DNA of 64,000 nucleotides from Acidimicrobiaceae bacterium (GCA_003152215.1 PLZP01000107.1:75395-139394), one strand, 5' to 3'. Shown: positions 1 to 9,668, counted from the first letter of the stretch. Notes: generated by a model from the sequence alone, not told the origin. Numbers and translations are program-made.

Positions 1-94
1 TCGGACCGGGTCGAAGGATACCCGCGTTTGGACGGGTGAGTCCAGCTCTACTGGGAACCACGTCGGCCTGCAGTGGGGCGCCGAAACGCCGTGA

Positions 95-1315
95 TTAGCC
101 CCGCGTAAAGAGGGTGTCGGATGAGCCTGGTGTCGCCGGGGTGGACGAGACCACTTGCATCGCGACGACGGCTTCGGCTTCGACCTCGACGTCAGCGAGG
201 GCTTCTACGAGAACGTCCGCGCTGGGCCACACGATGTTCTCCGCGCCACCGTCGGCGAATGCCTCGACCATGTCGTGGGCAACGTCGTCGTGGAACTGAA
301 TCGGCGGCGACTTCATGAAGTACGCCGACGGACCAATGATGGGACCACCGATGCCGCGGTCAAGGGCGACCTTGGCGCAGCGCACGGCATCAATGATGAC
401 GCCCGCTGAGTTCGGAGAGTCCCAGACCTCGAGCTTGAGCTCGACGTTGAGTGGCACGTCACCGAAGTTGCGTCCCTCCATGCGGATGTAGGCCCACTTG
501 CGGTCCTTCAACCACGGCACGTGGTCGCTCGGTCCGATGTGCACATCGTCGGGGTCCATGTTGTTGATTTCGAGCTGACTCGTAACCGCCTGCGTCTTGG
601 AGATCTTCTTGGACTCGAGGCGCTCGCGTTCGAGCATGTTCTTGAAGTCCATGTTGCCGCCAACGTTCAGTTGGTAGGTGTGGTCGAGGGTGAGACCGCG
701 GTCCTCAAAGAGGCGAGCGAGCACACGGTGGACAATGGTGGCACCGACCTGGCTCTTGATGTCGTCACCGATGATGGGCACGCCCGCGTCGGCGAACTTC
801 TTGGCCCAGACTGGGTCCGAGGCAATGAAAACCGGGATGGCATTGACGAAGGCCACGCCTGCGTCGAGTGCGCACTGCGCGTAGTAACGCTGGGCGTCCT
901 CTGATCCAACGGGGAGGTAGGAGACGAAAACTTGGGCGCGGGTGTCACGCAGGACCTGGGCCACGTCGACCGAATCGGCAGGTGACTCCTCGATCATCTC
1001 GTGGTAGTACTTGTTGAGACCGTCCATGGTCGGGCCACGTTGGACCGTGATGCCGAGCGCGGGGACCTCTGCGAACTTGATGGTGTTGTTCTGTCCGCCG
1101 TCGATCGCCTTGCTCAAGTCGCTGCCGACTTTGGAGGCATCGACGTCAAAGGCCGCTACGAACTCGAGGTCACTGACGTGGTAACCACCGAGCATGACGT
1201 GCATGAGGCCTGGCACGTCGTCGGCCGGATTGGCGTGCTTGTAATAGGTGACGCCTTGGATGAGTGAACTGGCACAGTTTCCGACGCCAGCAATAGCCAC
1301 GCGAATCTTTTCCAT
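95..1315 (-). CDS. ino1: myo-inositol-1-phosphate synthase
   Basis: [58 protein letters not shown] and YFMKSPP motifs of actinobacterial Ino1. Confidence 0.96.
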   Translation of the reverse strand: MEKIRVAIAGVGNCASSLIQGVTYYKHANPADDVPGLMHVMLGGYHVSDLEFVAAFDVDASKVGSDLSKAIDGGQNNTIKFAEVPALGITVQRGPTMDGLNKYYHEMIEESPADSVDVAQVLRDTRAQVFVSYLPVGSEDAQRYYAQCALDAGVAFVNAIPVFIASDPVWAKKFADAGVPIIGDDIKSQVGATIVHRVLARLFEDRGLTLDHTYQLNVGGNMDFKNMLERERLESKKISKTQAVTSQLEINNMDPDDVHIGPSDHVPWLKDRKWAYIRMEGRNFGDVPLNVELKLEVWDSPNSAGVIIDAVRCAKVALDRGIGGPIIGPSAYFMKSPPIQFHDDVAHDMVEAFADGGAENIVWPSADVLVEALADVEVEAEAVVAMQVVSSTPATPGSSDTLFTRG

Positions 1316-1327
1316 AGCTCTCCTTTC

Positions 1328-1948
1328 TTACTTCGCGTCGTGCGCGAAGGATTCTTGGTTACTTCGTTCGGCGGACAACAAGTTGTCAATCCACGCGAGG
1401 TCCAGCTCGACTCCCTGGGCCGCGTGCTCCATGACACCGCGCGCGTAGGAATCGAGTTGTTCGTTGCGCGCGCCGGCCCGGACTTCCGCCAGACGGGCAA
1501 CGAGATCGGCGCGGCGACGCTCGAGCAGTCCGACGCGGCCGTTGGGCGTCAGGTGCTTGGCGAGCGCCATGCGAAGTGAGAAGTTCTTGCTGTCGTCGAG
1601 CGTCGCGGGGTCCGCCAGCAGCGTGACGAACTGTTGACGACCACGGTCGGTGATCCGGTAGACCTTGCGACCACGTCGTCCGATACCGGGCGCGGAACGC
1701 AAGGAGCGCAGCGAGGCGCGCTCACCCGAAAGTGAGCCGGTCGACAGTGCGCTCAGGCGACCCTCACTCGGCATTACCGCTTCGACGCAGCCTTGTCGTT
1801 CAAGACGTGCGAGCGCCGGATAGATCGATCCGAAGGAGACATTTGCCCAGATACCGAGACGTTCGCGCAGTTGTGTGCGTATTTCGTAGCCGTGATGGTC
1901 ACGGTCCATGAGAAGGCCCAGGATGGCAATGTCTAACACGCGAAACAT
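1328..1948 (-). CDS. PadR-family transcriptional regulator (Rv0047c-like, ino1-associated)
   Basis: LAILGLL..HGYEI..SFGSIYPALARLE..RKVYRIT..GR PadR signature; directly upstream of ino1. Confidence 0.9.
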   Translation of the reverse strand: MFRVLDIAILGLLMDRDHHGYEIRTQLRERLGIWANVSFGSIYPALARLERQGCVEAVMPSEGRLSALSTGSLSGERASLRSLRSAPGIGRRGRKVYRITDRGRQQFVTLLADPATLDDSKNFSLRMALAKHLTPNGRVGLLERRRADLVARLAEVRAGARNEQLDSYARGVMEHAAQGVELDLAWIDNLLSAERSNQESFAHDAK

Positions 1949-1956
1949 AGTATCAC

Positions 1957-1970
1957 TTCGATATATCGAA
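1957..1970. promoter_or_regulatory. perfect 14-bp palindrome TTCGATATATCGAA, candidate PadR operator
   Basis: Lies 8 bp upstream of the padR start, in the divergent padR/DUF5318 intergenic region. Confidence 0.6.
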
Positions 1971-2022
1971 CGTGACTAGGTGTCATTTGTCAAGTCAGGA
2001 TTGGCTTGTAGTGTCACCCGTA

Positions 2023-2451
2023 ATGGATAAGCGCTTCCGAACGAGTACCGCCGACGGGGCAGTGGTCGAGTTCGGTCTCGTTCGCCACGCGCTGTTGGCC
2101 AAGGTCGCCGCGGGACTCCTTCGTTACGAAGACATATGTGACGCGCACCCCGAACTGTTGCGTGCTGCGAAGAACCTCGGGCGTCGAACGGGCGAAACGT
2201 GTCCGGTCTGCTCGGACGTCGAACTCGTCGAAGTGACCTACGTCTTTGGTGCGAGGTTGCCATCGGGAGGCACGTGTCCGACGTCGCGCGCCGAGCTCTT
2301 GAAGCTCGAACGTCGCGAGGAGCCGGTTCAGTGTTACGCCGTGGAAGTCTGCGTTGGATGCTCGTTCCACCACCTCGTGCGCAAGTGGGCCGCCGGAGGG
2401 CGCCGCGCCCGTAGGGTCAACGTCATGGAGCGTAAGGAAGTCGGCGAGTGA
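2023..2451 (+). CDS. DUF5318-family protein (Rv0049-like, putative Zn-binding)
   Basis: ICDAHPELLRAA, CPVC, VTYVFG and YAVEVCVGCSFHHL motifs; conserved position divergent from padR-ino1. Confidence 0.85.
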   Translation: MDKRFRTSTADGAVVEFGLVRHALLAKVAAGLLRYEDICDAHPELLRAAKNLGRRTGETCPVCSDVELVEVTYVFGARLPSGGTCPTSRAELLKLERREEPVQCYAVEVCVGCSFHHLVRKWAAGGRRARRVNVMERKEVGE

Positions 2452-3269
2452 GCTTGAGCGCGCCGGTCATCCGCGGCCGCAAGCGCCGCAGTGGATCGGC
2501 GCCCCTAGTGATGGTCACCGCCTACGACGAGCCGGGGGCTCGTCTCGCCTCGGCCGCAGGCGTTGACCTCATTCTCGTCGGTGATTCGATGGCCAATGTC
2601 GTGCTCGGCCAGGAGAACACCCTGCACCTCACGATCGACGAGATGTGTCTTCACGTGCGCGCCGTGGCCGCGGCGGAGCCCGACGCCCACGTCGTTGCGG
2701 ACATGCCATGGTTGAGTTACCACGTCGACCTCGGCGAAAGCGTTCGAAACGCCGCCAAATTGATTCGTAGCGGGGCCGACAGCGTCAAGCTCGAAGGCGG
2801 TCGCGTGCGCCAACAGGTGGTGCGTGCTTTGCTTGACGCCCAGATACCGGTGATGGGCCACCTCGGCCTCACCCCCCAGAGTGTGATGGCGTTTGGCGGC
2901 TTCAAAGTGCAGGCGAAGACCATGGAGAGCGCCAAGCTGCTCGTCGAGGACGCGCAGCTCCTTCAAGAAGAAGGCGTCTTCGCGATTGTGATTGAGGGTG
3001 TGCCGAGTGTCGTGGGCACCAACGTCACCGAAGCACTCGATATTCCCACCATCGGCATTGGCGCCGGACCCGACACCGACGGTCAGGTCCTGGTCTTTCA
3101 CGACCTGCTCGGGCTCACGGGCCGGACGCCGGCGAAGTTCGTCCGCCAGTACGCCAACCTCGGCCCCGTGATCACCGACGCCATTGCACACTTCGCCGCG
3201 GACGTGCGAAGTGGCGCGTTCCCGAGCGCCGACGAGGCCTATCCGAACCCCGAAGGGCTCTCCGAATAG
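2448..3269 (+). CDS. panB: 3-methyl-2-oxobutanoate hydroxymethyltransferase
   Basis: MVTAYD, ILVGDS, VVADMP, VKLEGG, MGHLGLTPQS and TIGIGAGPDTDGQVLVFHD motifs. Confidence 0.96.
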   Translation: MSLSAPVIRGRKRRSGSAPLVMVTAYDEPGARLASAAGVDLILVGDSMANVVLGQENTLHLTIDEMCLHVRAVAAAEPDAHVVADMPWLSYHVDLGESVRNAAKLIRSGADSVKLEGGRVRQQVVRALLDAQIPVMGHLGLTPQSVMAFGGFKVQAKTMESAKLLVEDAQLLQEEGVFAIVIEGVPSVVGTNVTEALDIPTIGIGAGPDTDGQVLVFHDLLGLTGRTPAKFVRQYANLGPVITDAIAHFAADVRSGAFPSADEAYPNPEGLSE

Positions 3270-3300
3270 CCAATTTGTGGGCGTTGGAGTAGCATTGTCG

Positions 3301-3388
3301 TTCCCACAAGCGTGGGGAAGTGCCACATACCCTGCTCTGTTTTCCGCAGAGCCCGGCCTAGCCGGACCAGAGGGAAAGGAAATCGGCC
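3301..3388 (+). promoter_or_regulatory. structured rpsF 5' leader (candidate S6:S18 autoregulatory RNA)
   Basis: TAGCAT -10 at 3290-3295. Stems GCTCTG/CAGAGC and CCGGC/GCCGG are closed by CCCT/AGGG next to the RBS. Confidence 0.45.
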
Positions 3389-3709
3389 ATGAGGCCTTAC
3401 GAAACAATGATCGTGTTCGACACGGCCGTCGACGCACAGTCCATCCAGATCGCTCTTGACCGAGCGTTGGAGACCATCCGCACCAATGGTGGAAACCCTG
3501 GCGCCATCGACCGTTGGGGCAAGCGTCCCTTGGCGTACGAGATCAACAAGCGCAAAGAGGGCTACTACGTGTTGGTGGAGTTCGCGGGTGAATCGATGAC
3601 CGTCGTCGAGCTCAACCGCATTCTGACTCTTTCGGACGAAGTCCTTCGCTACAAGATCCTTCGTCGCCAAGAAAAGCCGACCGCCAGCCGTGTCACGGCC
3701 CAGGCGTAG
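3389..3709 (+). CDS. rpsF: 30S ribosomal protein S6
   Basis: MRPYETMIVFD, WGKRPLAYEINKRKEGYY and EVLRY motifs; rpsF-ssb-rpsR order. Confidence 0.97.
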   Translation: MRPYETMIVFDTAVDAQSIQIALDRALETIRTNGGNPGAIDRWGKRPLAYEINKRKEGYYVLVEFAGESMTVVELNRILTLSDEVLRYKILRRQEKPTASRVTAQA

Positions 3710-3741
3710 GTTCGGACGCCTGAGAATCCAAGGAGATAGAT

Positions 3742-4200
3742 ATGGCCGACAATGCAATCACCGTCGTGGGGAACGTCACCCGCGACCCGGAACTGAAGTT
3801 CCTTAACAGCGGTCAGGCGGCGCTTCGCCTCTCGATCGCCGTCAATCGCCGCTGGCAGAACCGCCAGACCCAAGAGTGGGAAGAGCGCGTCTCGTACTTC
3901 GAGGTCGTGGGCTACGGCACAATGGCGGAGAACGCTGCGAACTCACTCACCAAGGGTGCGCGAGTCATCGTGAGCGGACGTCTCGAGCAGCGAAGCTGGG
4001 AGACCGAGAACGGCGACAAGCGTTCAATCGTTGAGATCAACGCCGACGAGATCGGACCGAGCCTCAAGTGGGCGACCGCCGTTGTCACCCGCACCCCTCG
4101 CGCCGAAGGCAGCAACTTCCAATCAAGCGACCGCCCGGCGGCCGCACCACGCTCGAACGAACCCGCCAGTACCTACGCCTTTGACGAGGAGCCCTTCTAA
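3742..4200 (+). CDS. ssb: single-stranded DNA-binding protein
   Basis: [23 protein letters not shown] and acidic DEEPF C-terminus. Confidence 0.97.
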   Translation: MADNAITVVGNVTRDPELKFLNSGQAALRLSIAVNRRWQNRQTQEWEERVSYFEVVGYGTMAENAANSLTKGARVIVSGRLEQRSWETENGDKRSIVEINADEIGPSLKWATAVVTRTPRAEGSNFQSSDRPAAAPRSNEPASTYAFDEEPF

Positions 4201-4661
4201 TGCCACGTATTAACAATCCCAAGCCGCCAAAGCGCGCGCCGAAAATCGACACCCGTCGCGGTGCGAAAAAGAAGCCCTGCTCTTTCTGTCAGCACGGCGT
4301 CGCCACGGTTGACTACAAGGACCTCGCACAGCTGCGCAAGTACATCTCGGACCGCGGCAAGATCCGTGGCCGCAAGGTCTCGGGTAACTGCCAGCAGCAC
4401 CAGCGTGACGTCACCGACGCGATCAAGACGGCTCGTGAGCTTGCCCTGCTGCCGTACACGCAGCGCACCGTGACCGAGCGCCGCGGTGGACGGGGCAACC
4501 GTGACGACCGAGGTCCTCGCGGGCCGCGAAGTGACGGACCGAGCGCTCGCCCGGCGCCAGACAGTGCGGGCGCCGAGTCGGCGGAGGTCGACTTAGAGCT
4601 CGACGCCGGCGTTGCCGCCGAGGCATTCGAGAGTGATCTGGTCGAGGAGGTCAGCGAATGA
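4200..4661 (+). CDS. rpsR: 30S ribosomal protein S18 (Zn-ribbon C+ form) with C-terminal extension
   Basis: [48 protein letters not shown]. Confidence 0.96.
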   Translation: MPRINNPKPPKRAPKIDTRRGAKKKPCSFCQHGVATVDYKDLAQLRKYISDRGKIRGRKVSGNCQQHQRDVTDAIKTARELALLPYTQRTVTERRGGRGNRDDRGPRGPRSDGPSARPAPDSAGAESAEVDLELDAGVAAEAFESDLVEEVSE

Positions 4662-5104
4662 AGGTTCTCCTACGCAACGATGTCCGCGGCGTTGGCCGTC
4701 GTGGCGACATCGTCGACGTGAAGGCTGGCTACGCGCGCAACTTCCTCCTGCCTTCAGGCTCGGCGCTTGTCGCGACCGACAGCTCAGAGGCGCAAGCAAC
4801 CTCAATGCGTCGAGGGCGCGACCTTCGCGACGCCGCAAGTCGCGAGGCTGCCGTGACGCAGAAGACGTTGATCGAACAGCAGACACTCACCATCGGTGCG
4901 CGCGCCAGCGCGAACGGCCGACTGTTCGGTTCGGTCACCGAGACCGACCTGGTGAATGCACTTCGTACGGCGACGGGCATCTCGCTTGACCGCCACGCCA
5001 TCCACATGGCGGAGCACTTGAAAGAGGTCGGTACCGCAACGGCGTCGGCAACCCTTTTCGCTGGTGTTGAGGCAACGCTGAATGTGGAGATCGTCGCGAA
5101 GTAA
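4658..5104 (+). CDS. rplI: 50S ribosomal protein L9
   Basis: [32 protein letters not shown] and GRLFGSVT motifs. Confidence 0.97.
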   Translation: MKVLLRNDVRGVGRRGDIVDVKAGYARNFLLPSGSALVATDSSEAQATSMRRGRDLRDAASREAAVTQKTLIEQQTLTIGARASANGRLFGSVTETDLVNALRTATGISLDRHAIHMAEHLKEVGTATASATLFAGVEATLNVEIVAK

Positions 5105-5124
5105 TTGACTTTTGATGTACGAAA

Positions 5125-5152
5125 GAACGCCGGGACATCGGTCCCGGCGTTC
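5125..5152 (+). terminator. intrinsic terminator-like hairpin after rplI
   Basis: Perfect 12-bp stem GAACGCCGGGAC-atcg-GTCCCGGCGTTC. Confidence 0.7.
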
Positions 5153-5263
5153 GTCGTGTCACAGCACAATGTAATCATCAAGCGCGTGGCAATTGTGCAC
5201 AGGCATTTCCCCACCTTGTTGTTCTTGTTGCAAACAGACCAAGCGAGCGACCATTGAGGTCTT

Positions 5264-6631
5264 ATGACGCAGATTGAATCGGACCGAACACGACAAGCCC
5301 CAGGCGGCGGTCGCATTCCTCCGAGTGCCATCGAAGCCGAGGAGTCGTTAATCGGCGCCATGCTCCTTTCGCCCGAAGCAGTATCTGTTGCGTACGAGAC
5401 GGTGCAGGCAGAGGACTTCTACCGCCCACTGCACGGACAGATTTTTGCCTCGATCATCGCACTCGCCAACGCTGGTGAACCGGTTGACTACGTGACGGTG
5501 CAGGCCAAGTTGCAAGAGCGTGGGGCTGTCGCGGTCGAACTCGCGTTGCTGTCGTCGCTGCAGATGAATACGCCGTCGGCTTCGAATGCGCAGCACTACG
5601 CCGAATTGGTTCGCGAGAAGGCGCAACAGCGCCGCCTCATTGCGATCGCCGGAGAGATTGTTGACGACGCCTACGTCGCCACCGAGGACGTCGTCGGTCT
5701 CATCGATGAGGCGGAACGAAAAATCAACGCCATTGGTGACGCCGGGCGAACCGATTCGGTCTCTCCGTTGCAACGACTGCTCCTCAGTGAGGCCGACATC
5801 CTCGAACAGCGTGGCGAGACCAGGGGGCGAATCAATGGCCTCGAGACGGGCTACAAGTCGCTCGACCTCATTCTTCAGGGACTTCAACCCAGCAGCATGA
5901 CGATCGTCGGCGCCCGACCGGGTACCGGTAAGACGGCCTTCGCGCTCGGCATACTCATCCACGTCGGCGCCGTCGTGAAACGTCCCGCGCTGTTCTTCTC
6001 ACTCGAGATGAGCCGTCAGGAGTTAGCCGAGAGGATTCTCGCGTCGACGGCGCGTATTGACTCGTCGAAGTTGCGAACCGGCGACCTCAGTGACGGCGAC
6101 TGGAACCGAGCGCACGATGCCTTCGGCTACTTGCAGTCAGCGAAAGTCTTCATTGACGACAATCCCGCACTCACCGTCATGGACGTGCGAGCTCGGGCGC
6201 GGCGAATTCGTCAGCAGAACGGTGACCTGGGCGTCGTCATCATCGACTACTTGCAGCTCATGAGTTCGCGAGGTCGCTCCGAGAATCGCCAGGTCGAAGT
6301 ATCGGACATGAGCCGCTCCCTCAAGATCCTGGCTCGCGAATTGCAGTGTCCCGTCATTGCACTGTCGCAGCTCTCACGAAAGCTCGAGGACCGCGCCGAC
6401 AAACGCCCGATGATGTCAGACCTGCGCGAGTCGGGCTCGTTGGAGCAAGACGCTGACGTGGTGTTGTTCATCTATCGCCCCGAACAGTACGGCGAGGTTG
6501 CGAACGATAAGAAGGCCGAGGCCGAGATCATTGTCGGTAAGAACCGTAACGGACCCACGCGCAACGCCCATCTCACGTGGCGCGGCGAGTTTGCCAGATT
6601 CGACAATGTCGCCGAGGCTCGAGAAATCTAA
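5264..6631 (+). CDS. dnaB: replicative DNA helicase
   Basis: PPSAIEAEESLIGAML, Walker A GARPGTGKT, IIDYLQLM, DLRESGSLEQDAD and KNRNGP motifs; no intein. Confidence 0.97.
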   Translation: MTQIESDRTRQAPGGGRIPPSAIEAEESLIGAMLLSPEAVSVAYETVQAEDFYRPLHGQIFASIIALANAGEPVDYVTVQAKLQERGAVAVELALLSSLQMNTPSASNAQHYAELVREKAQQRRLIAIAGEIVDDAYVATEDVVGLIDEAERKINAIGDAGRTDSVSPLQRLLLSEADILEQRGETRGRINGLETGYKSLDLILQGLQPSSMTIVGARPGTGKTAFALGILIHVGAVVKRPALFFSLEMSRQELAERILASTARIDSSKLRTGDLSDGDWNRAHDAFGYLQSAKVFIDDNPALTVMDVRARARRIRQQNGDLGVVIIDYLQLMSSRGRSENRQVEVSDMSRSLKILARELQCPVIALSQLSRKLEDRADKRPMMSDLRESGSLEQDADVVLFIYRPEQYGEVANDKKAEAEIIVGKNRNGPTRNAHLTWRGEFARFDNVAEAREI

Positions 6632-6800
6632 AGCAGGTGCTAGGTCAATATGAACAATGTCAGGTCTTTTTGAACTTCAATAAGCGAATTGGCGACCTTA
6701 TTTGAACAATCCACCTTCGGCAAATCGTGCAACCCCGACGTCAGACCTGTGCACACTTCCGTCCGCTTCATCTTGACCAAGTTCCTTCGATCGTAATTGT

Positions 6801-6947
6801 TCAGGGCTTTAGCGATGATCTCGCTTCAGACCGTGCGTAATAGAGAAGGATGTATCCCGCCAGGGGATCGGCCCACCATCATCCTAAGAATGAATTCAGG
6901 ATGAGCCCAACGAGCACTGCGGTCGCCAGGACGCCGTCGACCATCAC
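6801..6947 (-). pseudogene. remnant of a cation-transporter (CDF/TMEM163-like) membrane protein
   Basis: Reads VMVDGVLATAVLVGLILNSFLG*WWADPLAGYILLYYARSEAR, with an in-frame TGA at 6879-6881 where the family has GWWWADP. Confidence 0.6.
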
Positions 6948-7025
6948 TTTGGTGGCTGGTGGCCAATCCAACTGCGAGAAACCTACCCGCGACGTCCTCG
7001 GCGAGAAACGTCTTTCAGCGAACGT

Positions 7026-7799
7026 TCACGTATCCCACCAGATGGTGCTCAACGCTCTCACCGACGACTCCGGATGCGCGGCCAAGAATTCGCGGACCTC
7101 ATCTTCGCGTGATGGTGGTAGGCAAAGTCGGATGCGCATGAAATGGGCGGCCCGTTCAAGATTCTGCTCCTTGCGCATCGATCCACTCCACACCTGCTGG
7201 TGTGCGTGAATGCCAATTTCATCGAGCACGTCAATGAGATCCGACGAAGTCGGAGCCAGCGGGCGCTCGAGTTGCCAGAAGTGTCGCCACGCGGCTGACA
7301 TTGACGCAAGAGGATGATGATCAGGCATCTCCAGAACAACCCGAACCCGCGCGTGATCATTGAGGGCTCGAAGAAATGGAACAATATCGCCCACGTTGTA
7401 GACCACGTGGTGCGCGGTCACAATGTCGGCACTCGGTGTCTCGTCCGCCACGTCTGGCCAGGAGCCCTCGATCGTGGCACACGTGACCCCGCGCTTTTGC
7501 GCGTTCACGTGGAACTCCAGCAACATATTGGCCTGATGATCCACGCCGATCACGTGAGCCGCCGGAGGGGTGAGCGCGAAGGCAGCGATGCCGGCTCCGC
7601 ACCCCACGTCCAGAACGGTGCCCCCTTCGCGAAGCGCTTCACGCGCGCGATCATGCGATGGCGACGACTCAATGACGTCCGGAACCAGGAAGAGCTCGAG
7701 AGGATGAATCCACGGACTCTCCTCGGCCGCTTCCAGAATCTCTCTGGGAATGGCCCATGCGTCAAGCGACTGGCGCCATTGGTCCGCGAAAGAGTTCAC
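7026..7799 (-). CDS. class I SAM-dependent methyltransferase
   Basis: VLDVGCGAG motif I, VIGVD, ADIVTAHHVVYNV. Confidence 0.85.
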   Translation of the reverse strand: MNSFADQWRQSLDAWAIPREILEAAEESPWIHPLELFLVPDVIESSPSHDRAREALREGGTVLDVGCGAGIAAFALTPPAAHVIGVDHQANMLLEFHVNAQKRGVTCATIEGSWPDVADETPSADIVTAHHVVYNVGDIVPFLRALNDHARVRVVLEMPDHHPLASMSAAWRHFWQLERPLAPTSSDLIDVLDEIGIHAHQQVWSGSMRKEQNLERAAHFMRIRLCLPPSREDEVREFLAAHPESSVRALSTIWWDT

Positions 7800-7803
7800 G
7801 GAT

Positions 7804-7983
7804 TCATTGTCTCTTGAGGCGAGTCAACAATCCCTTACCGAAATTCGAAGTCGTCGTCGCTGAGTCTTCGCGGCACGTGCATCGCTGACTTCGTGGTACG
7901 TCCGCGAGCGCTTGCTCAATGTGTTTCCCGCATCCTCGCCACGTGGGCTTCGAACAGGCTTTGCAAATTGCACGATGGCACAT
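7804..7983 (-). CDS. 59-aa Cys-rich microprotein (below the ORF-track cutoff)
   Basis: Hand-translated as MCHRAICKACSKPTWRGCGKHIEQALADVPRSQRCTCREDSATTTSNFGKGLLTRLKRQ; GAGAGG RBS upstream; fills the gap between two co-oriented genes. Confidence 0.75.
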   Translation of the reverse strand: MCHRAICKACSKPTWRGCGKHIEQALADVPRSQRCTCREDSATTTSNFGKGLLTRLKRQ

Positions 7984-8024
7984 CTCTTAACGCCTCTCTC
8001 TTGATACTGTGAACACTTCGCGGC

Positions 8025-9668
8025 TTAACTAACGAGCTGAGGTGACACGCGCGCGGGTGAGGAACTCCACGTCTTGAAGCCGCCATCGAGGTTCAACGCT
8101 CGAACGCCGAGTTCGTTGAGCAGAAGCGTCGCGGCGTGCCCTCGTTGCCCGACCTCGCAGTTGACGACCGTCTCCACGTCGTCGAGTTCCCCATACCTTT
8201 CGCGAAGTTCATCGATTGGGATGTTGAGCGCTCCGGGGAGTGATCCACGGGCGAACTCTTCGGATGTGCGAACGTCGACGAACTGAGCGCCTCGGACCCG
8301 GTAGTCGTCGACCTCGCTCCATTGCACTGTCTCGACGAGCCCCGAGAGGAGATTCTCGGCAATGTAGCCCAGCATGTTCACCGGGTCCTTCGCCGAACCG
8401 AAGGGCGGAGCGTACGCGAGCTCCAGGTCCGCGAGCTCTGGCGCCGTGAGTCCCGCCCTGATCGCCGTGGCGAGCACGTCGATGCGCTTGTCCACGCCTT
8501 CGGCGCCGACTCCTTGAGCACCGAGAATCGCTCCCGATTCTGGATCGACGAGCAGTTTCAGCGCCATCGTCTTGGCTCCGGGGTAGTACTTCGCGTGCGA
8601 CGCCGGATGCGTGTGGATCGCGAGAAAGGCGCGGTGCTTCGACGCGAGACGCTTCTCATTCCACCCCGTCATCGCGACCGTGAGGTTGAAGACCTTCACG
8701 ATGGCGGTCCCGATCGTCGCACGTGGTCGCACGACCCGTCCGGCGATGTGGTCCGCTACGACTCTTCCTTGGCGATTGGCGAGGTTGGCGAGGGGAACGA
8801 GCGAACCCGCACCATCGAGGAAGTCCAGCTTCTCGGTGGCGTCACCGATCGCGTAAACGTTCTTCGCGGTGCTCCGATTGAATTCGTCCACGACGATGCC
8901 GCCTCGTTCACCTATGGCGAGTCCCGCAGCGCGGGCCAGGTCAGTGTCAGGGCGAACCCCAATGGCAACGATCAGCAACTGTGCTGGAACCACCTCGCCC
9001 GAGGACAGTTGCACGTCATTTGAGCTGATGGATTCCACAGAATCGCCGAGATGCAACGATACGCCGTGACACCGTAATTCGTCGGCGACCGAAGCCGCCA
9101 TTTCGGGGTCCAGCGGGGCCAGAACCTGCGTCGCCGCTTCGATGATCGTGGTCGCGATACCGCGGCAGACAAGATTTTCGGCGATTTCGAGGCCGATGAA
9201 TCCTCCCCCGATGACGACCGCGCTTTCGGGACGCGCTTGTACCGCGTTCGCCATTCGTTCCACGTCCTCAACGTTGCGAAGGGGAAGGGCGCGCTCGATG
9301 CCAGGAATCGGCGGGATGACGGGCAACGCCCCGGGACTCAAAATGAGAGCGTCGTAGGGGAGCGAGTAGGTGTCACCGCGCTCGAGGTCTTTTACGTCCA
9401 CCGTCTGGGCCTCGGGGTCAATGGCGACGGCTTCACTATTCACTCGCACGTCGAGGCGAAACCGGGCGTGCAGGGACTGCGGTGTCTCGAGCAGAAGCGT
9501 CCGCTCATCATCGATCACGCCACCCACGTAGTACGGCAAACCGCAATTGGCGTACGAAACGTGGTGACTCCGCTCAAGTACGACGATCTCAGCCTCGTTG
9601 TCTAATCGTCGAAGGCGAGTAGCGGCGGACATCCCGCCGGCGACGCCTCCGATGATGACGACCTTCAT
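8025..9668 (-). CDS. CoA-disulfide/persulfide reductase with C-terminal rhodanese domain (CoADR-RHD/Npsr-like)
   Basis: IIGGVAGGMSAA FAD motif, SYANCGLPY redox Cys, IGGGFIGLE, LAYAPPF, rhodanese VDVRT..F..G.LPGA.NIP and CEVGQRG. Confidence 0.92.
   Translation of the reverse strand: MKVVIIGGVAGGMSAATRLRRLDNEAEIVVLERSHHVSYANCGLPYYVGGVIDDERTLLLETPQSLHARFRLDVRVNSEAVAIDPEAQTVDVKDLERGDTYSLPYDALILSPGALPVIPPIPGIERALPLRNVEDVERMANAVQARPESAVVIGGGFIGLEIAENLVCRGIATTIIEAATQVLAPLDPEMAASVADELRCHGVSLHLGDSVESISSNDVQLSSGEVVPAQLLIVAIGVRPDTDLARAAGLAIGERGGIVVDEFNRSTAKNVYAIGDATEKLDFLDGAGSLVPLANLANRQGRVVADHIAGRVVRPRATIGTAIVKVFNLTVAMTGWNEKRLASKHRAFLAIHTHPASHAKYYPGAKTMALKLLVDPESGAILGAQGVGAEGVDKRIDVLATAIRAGLTAPELADLELAYAPPFGSAKDPVNMLGYIAENLLSGLVETVQWSEVDDYRVRGAQFVDVRTSEEFARGSLPGALNIPIDELRERYGELDDVETVVNCEVGQRGHAATLLLNELGVRALNLDGGFKTWSSSPARVSPQLVS

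Noticed and set aside
3297-3320. GTCGTTCCCACAAGCGTGGGGAAG resembles a type I-E CRISPR repeat
   Set aside because: Single copy with no spacers or cas genes; better explained as the rpsF leader hairpin
5193-5201. DnaA-box-like TTGTGCACA upstream of dnaB, suggesting oriC
   Set aside because: Only one near-match, with no box cluster or dnaA/dnaN; at most a regulatory site
6879-6881. TGA at a Trp position suggesting stop-codon recoding
   Set aside because: Many intact genes here end in TGA and the fragment lacks its N-terminus, so a nonsense mutation is simpler
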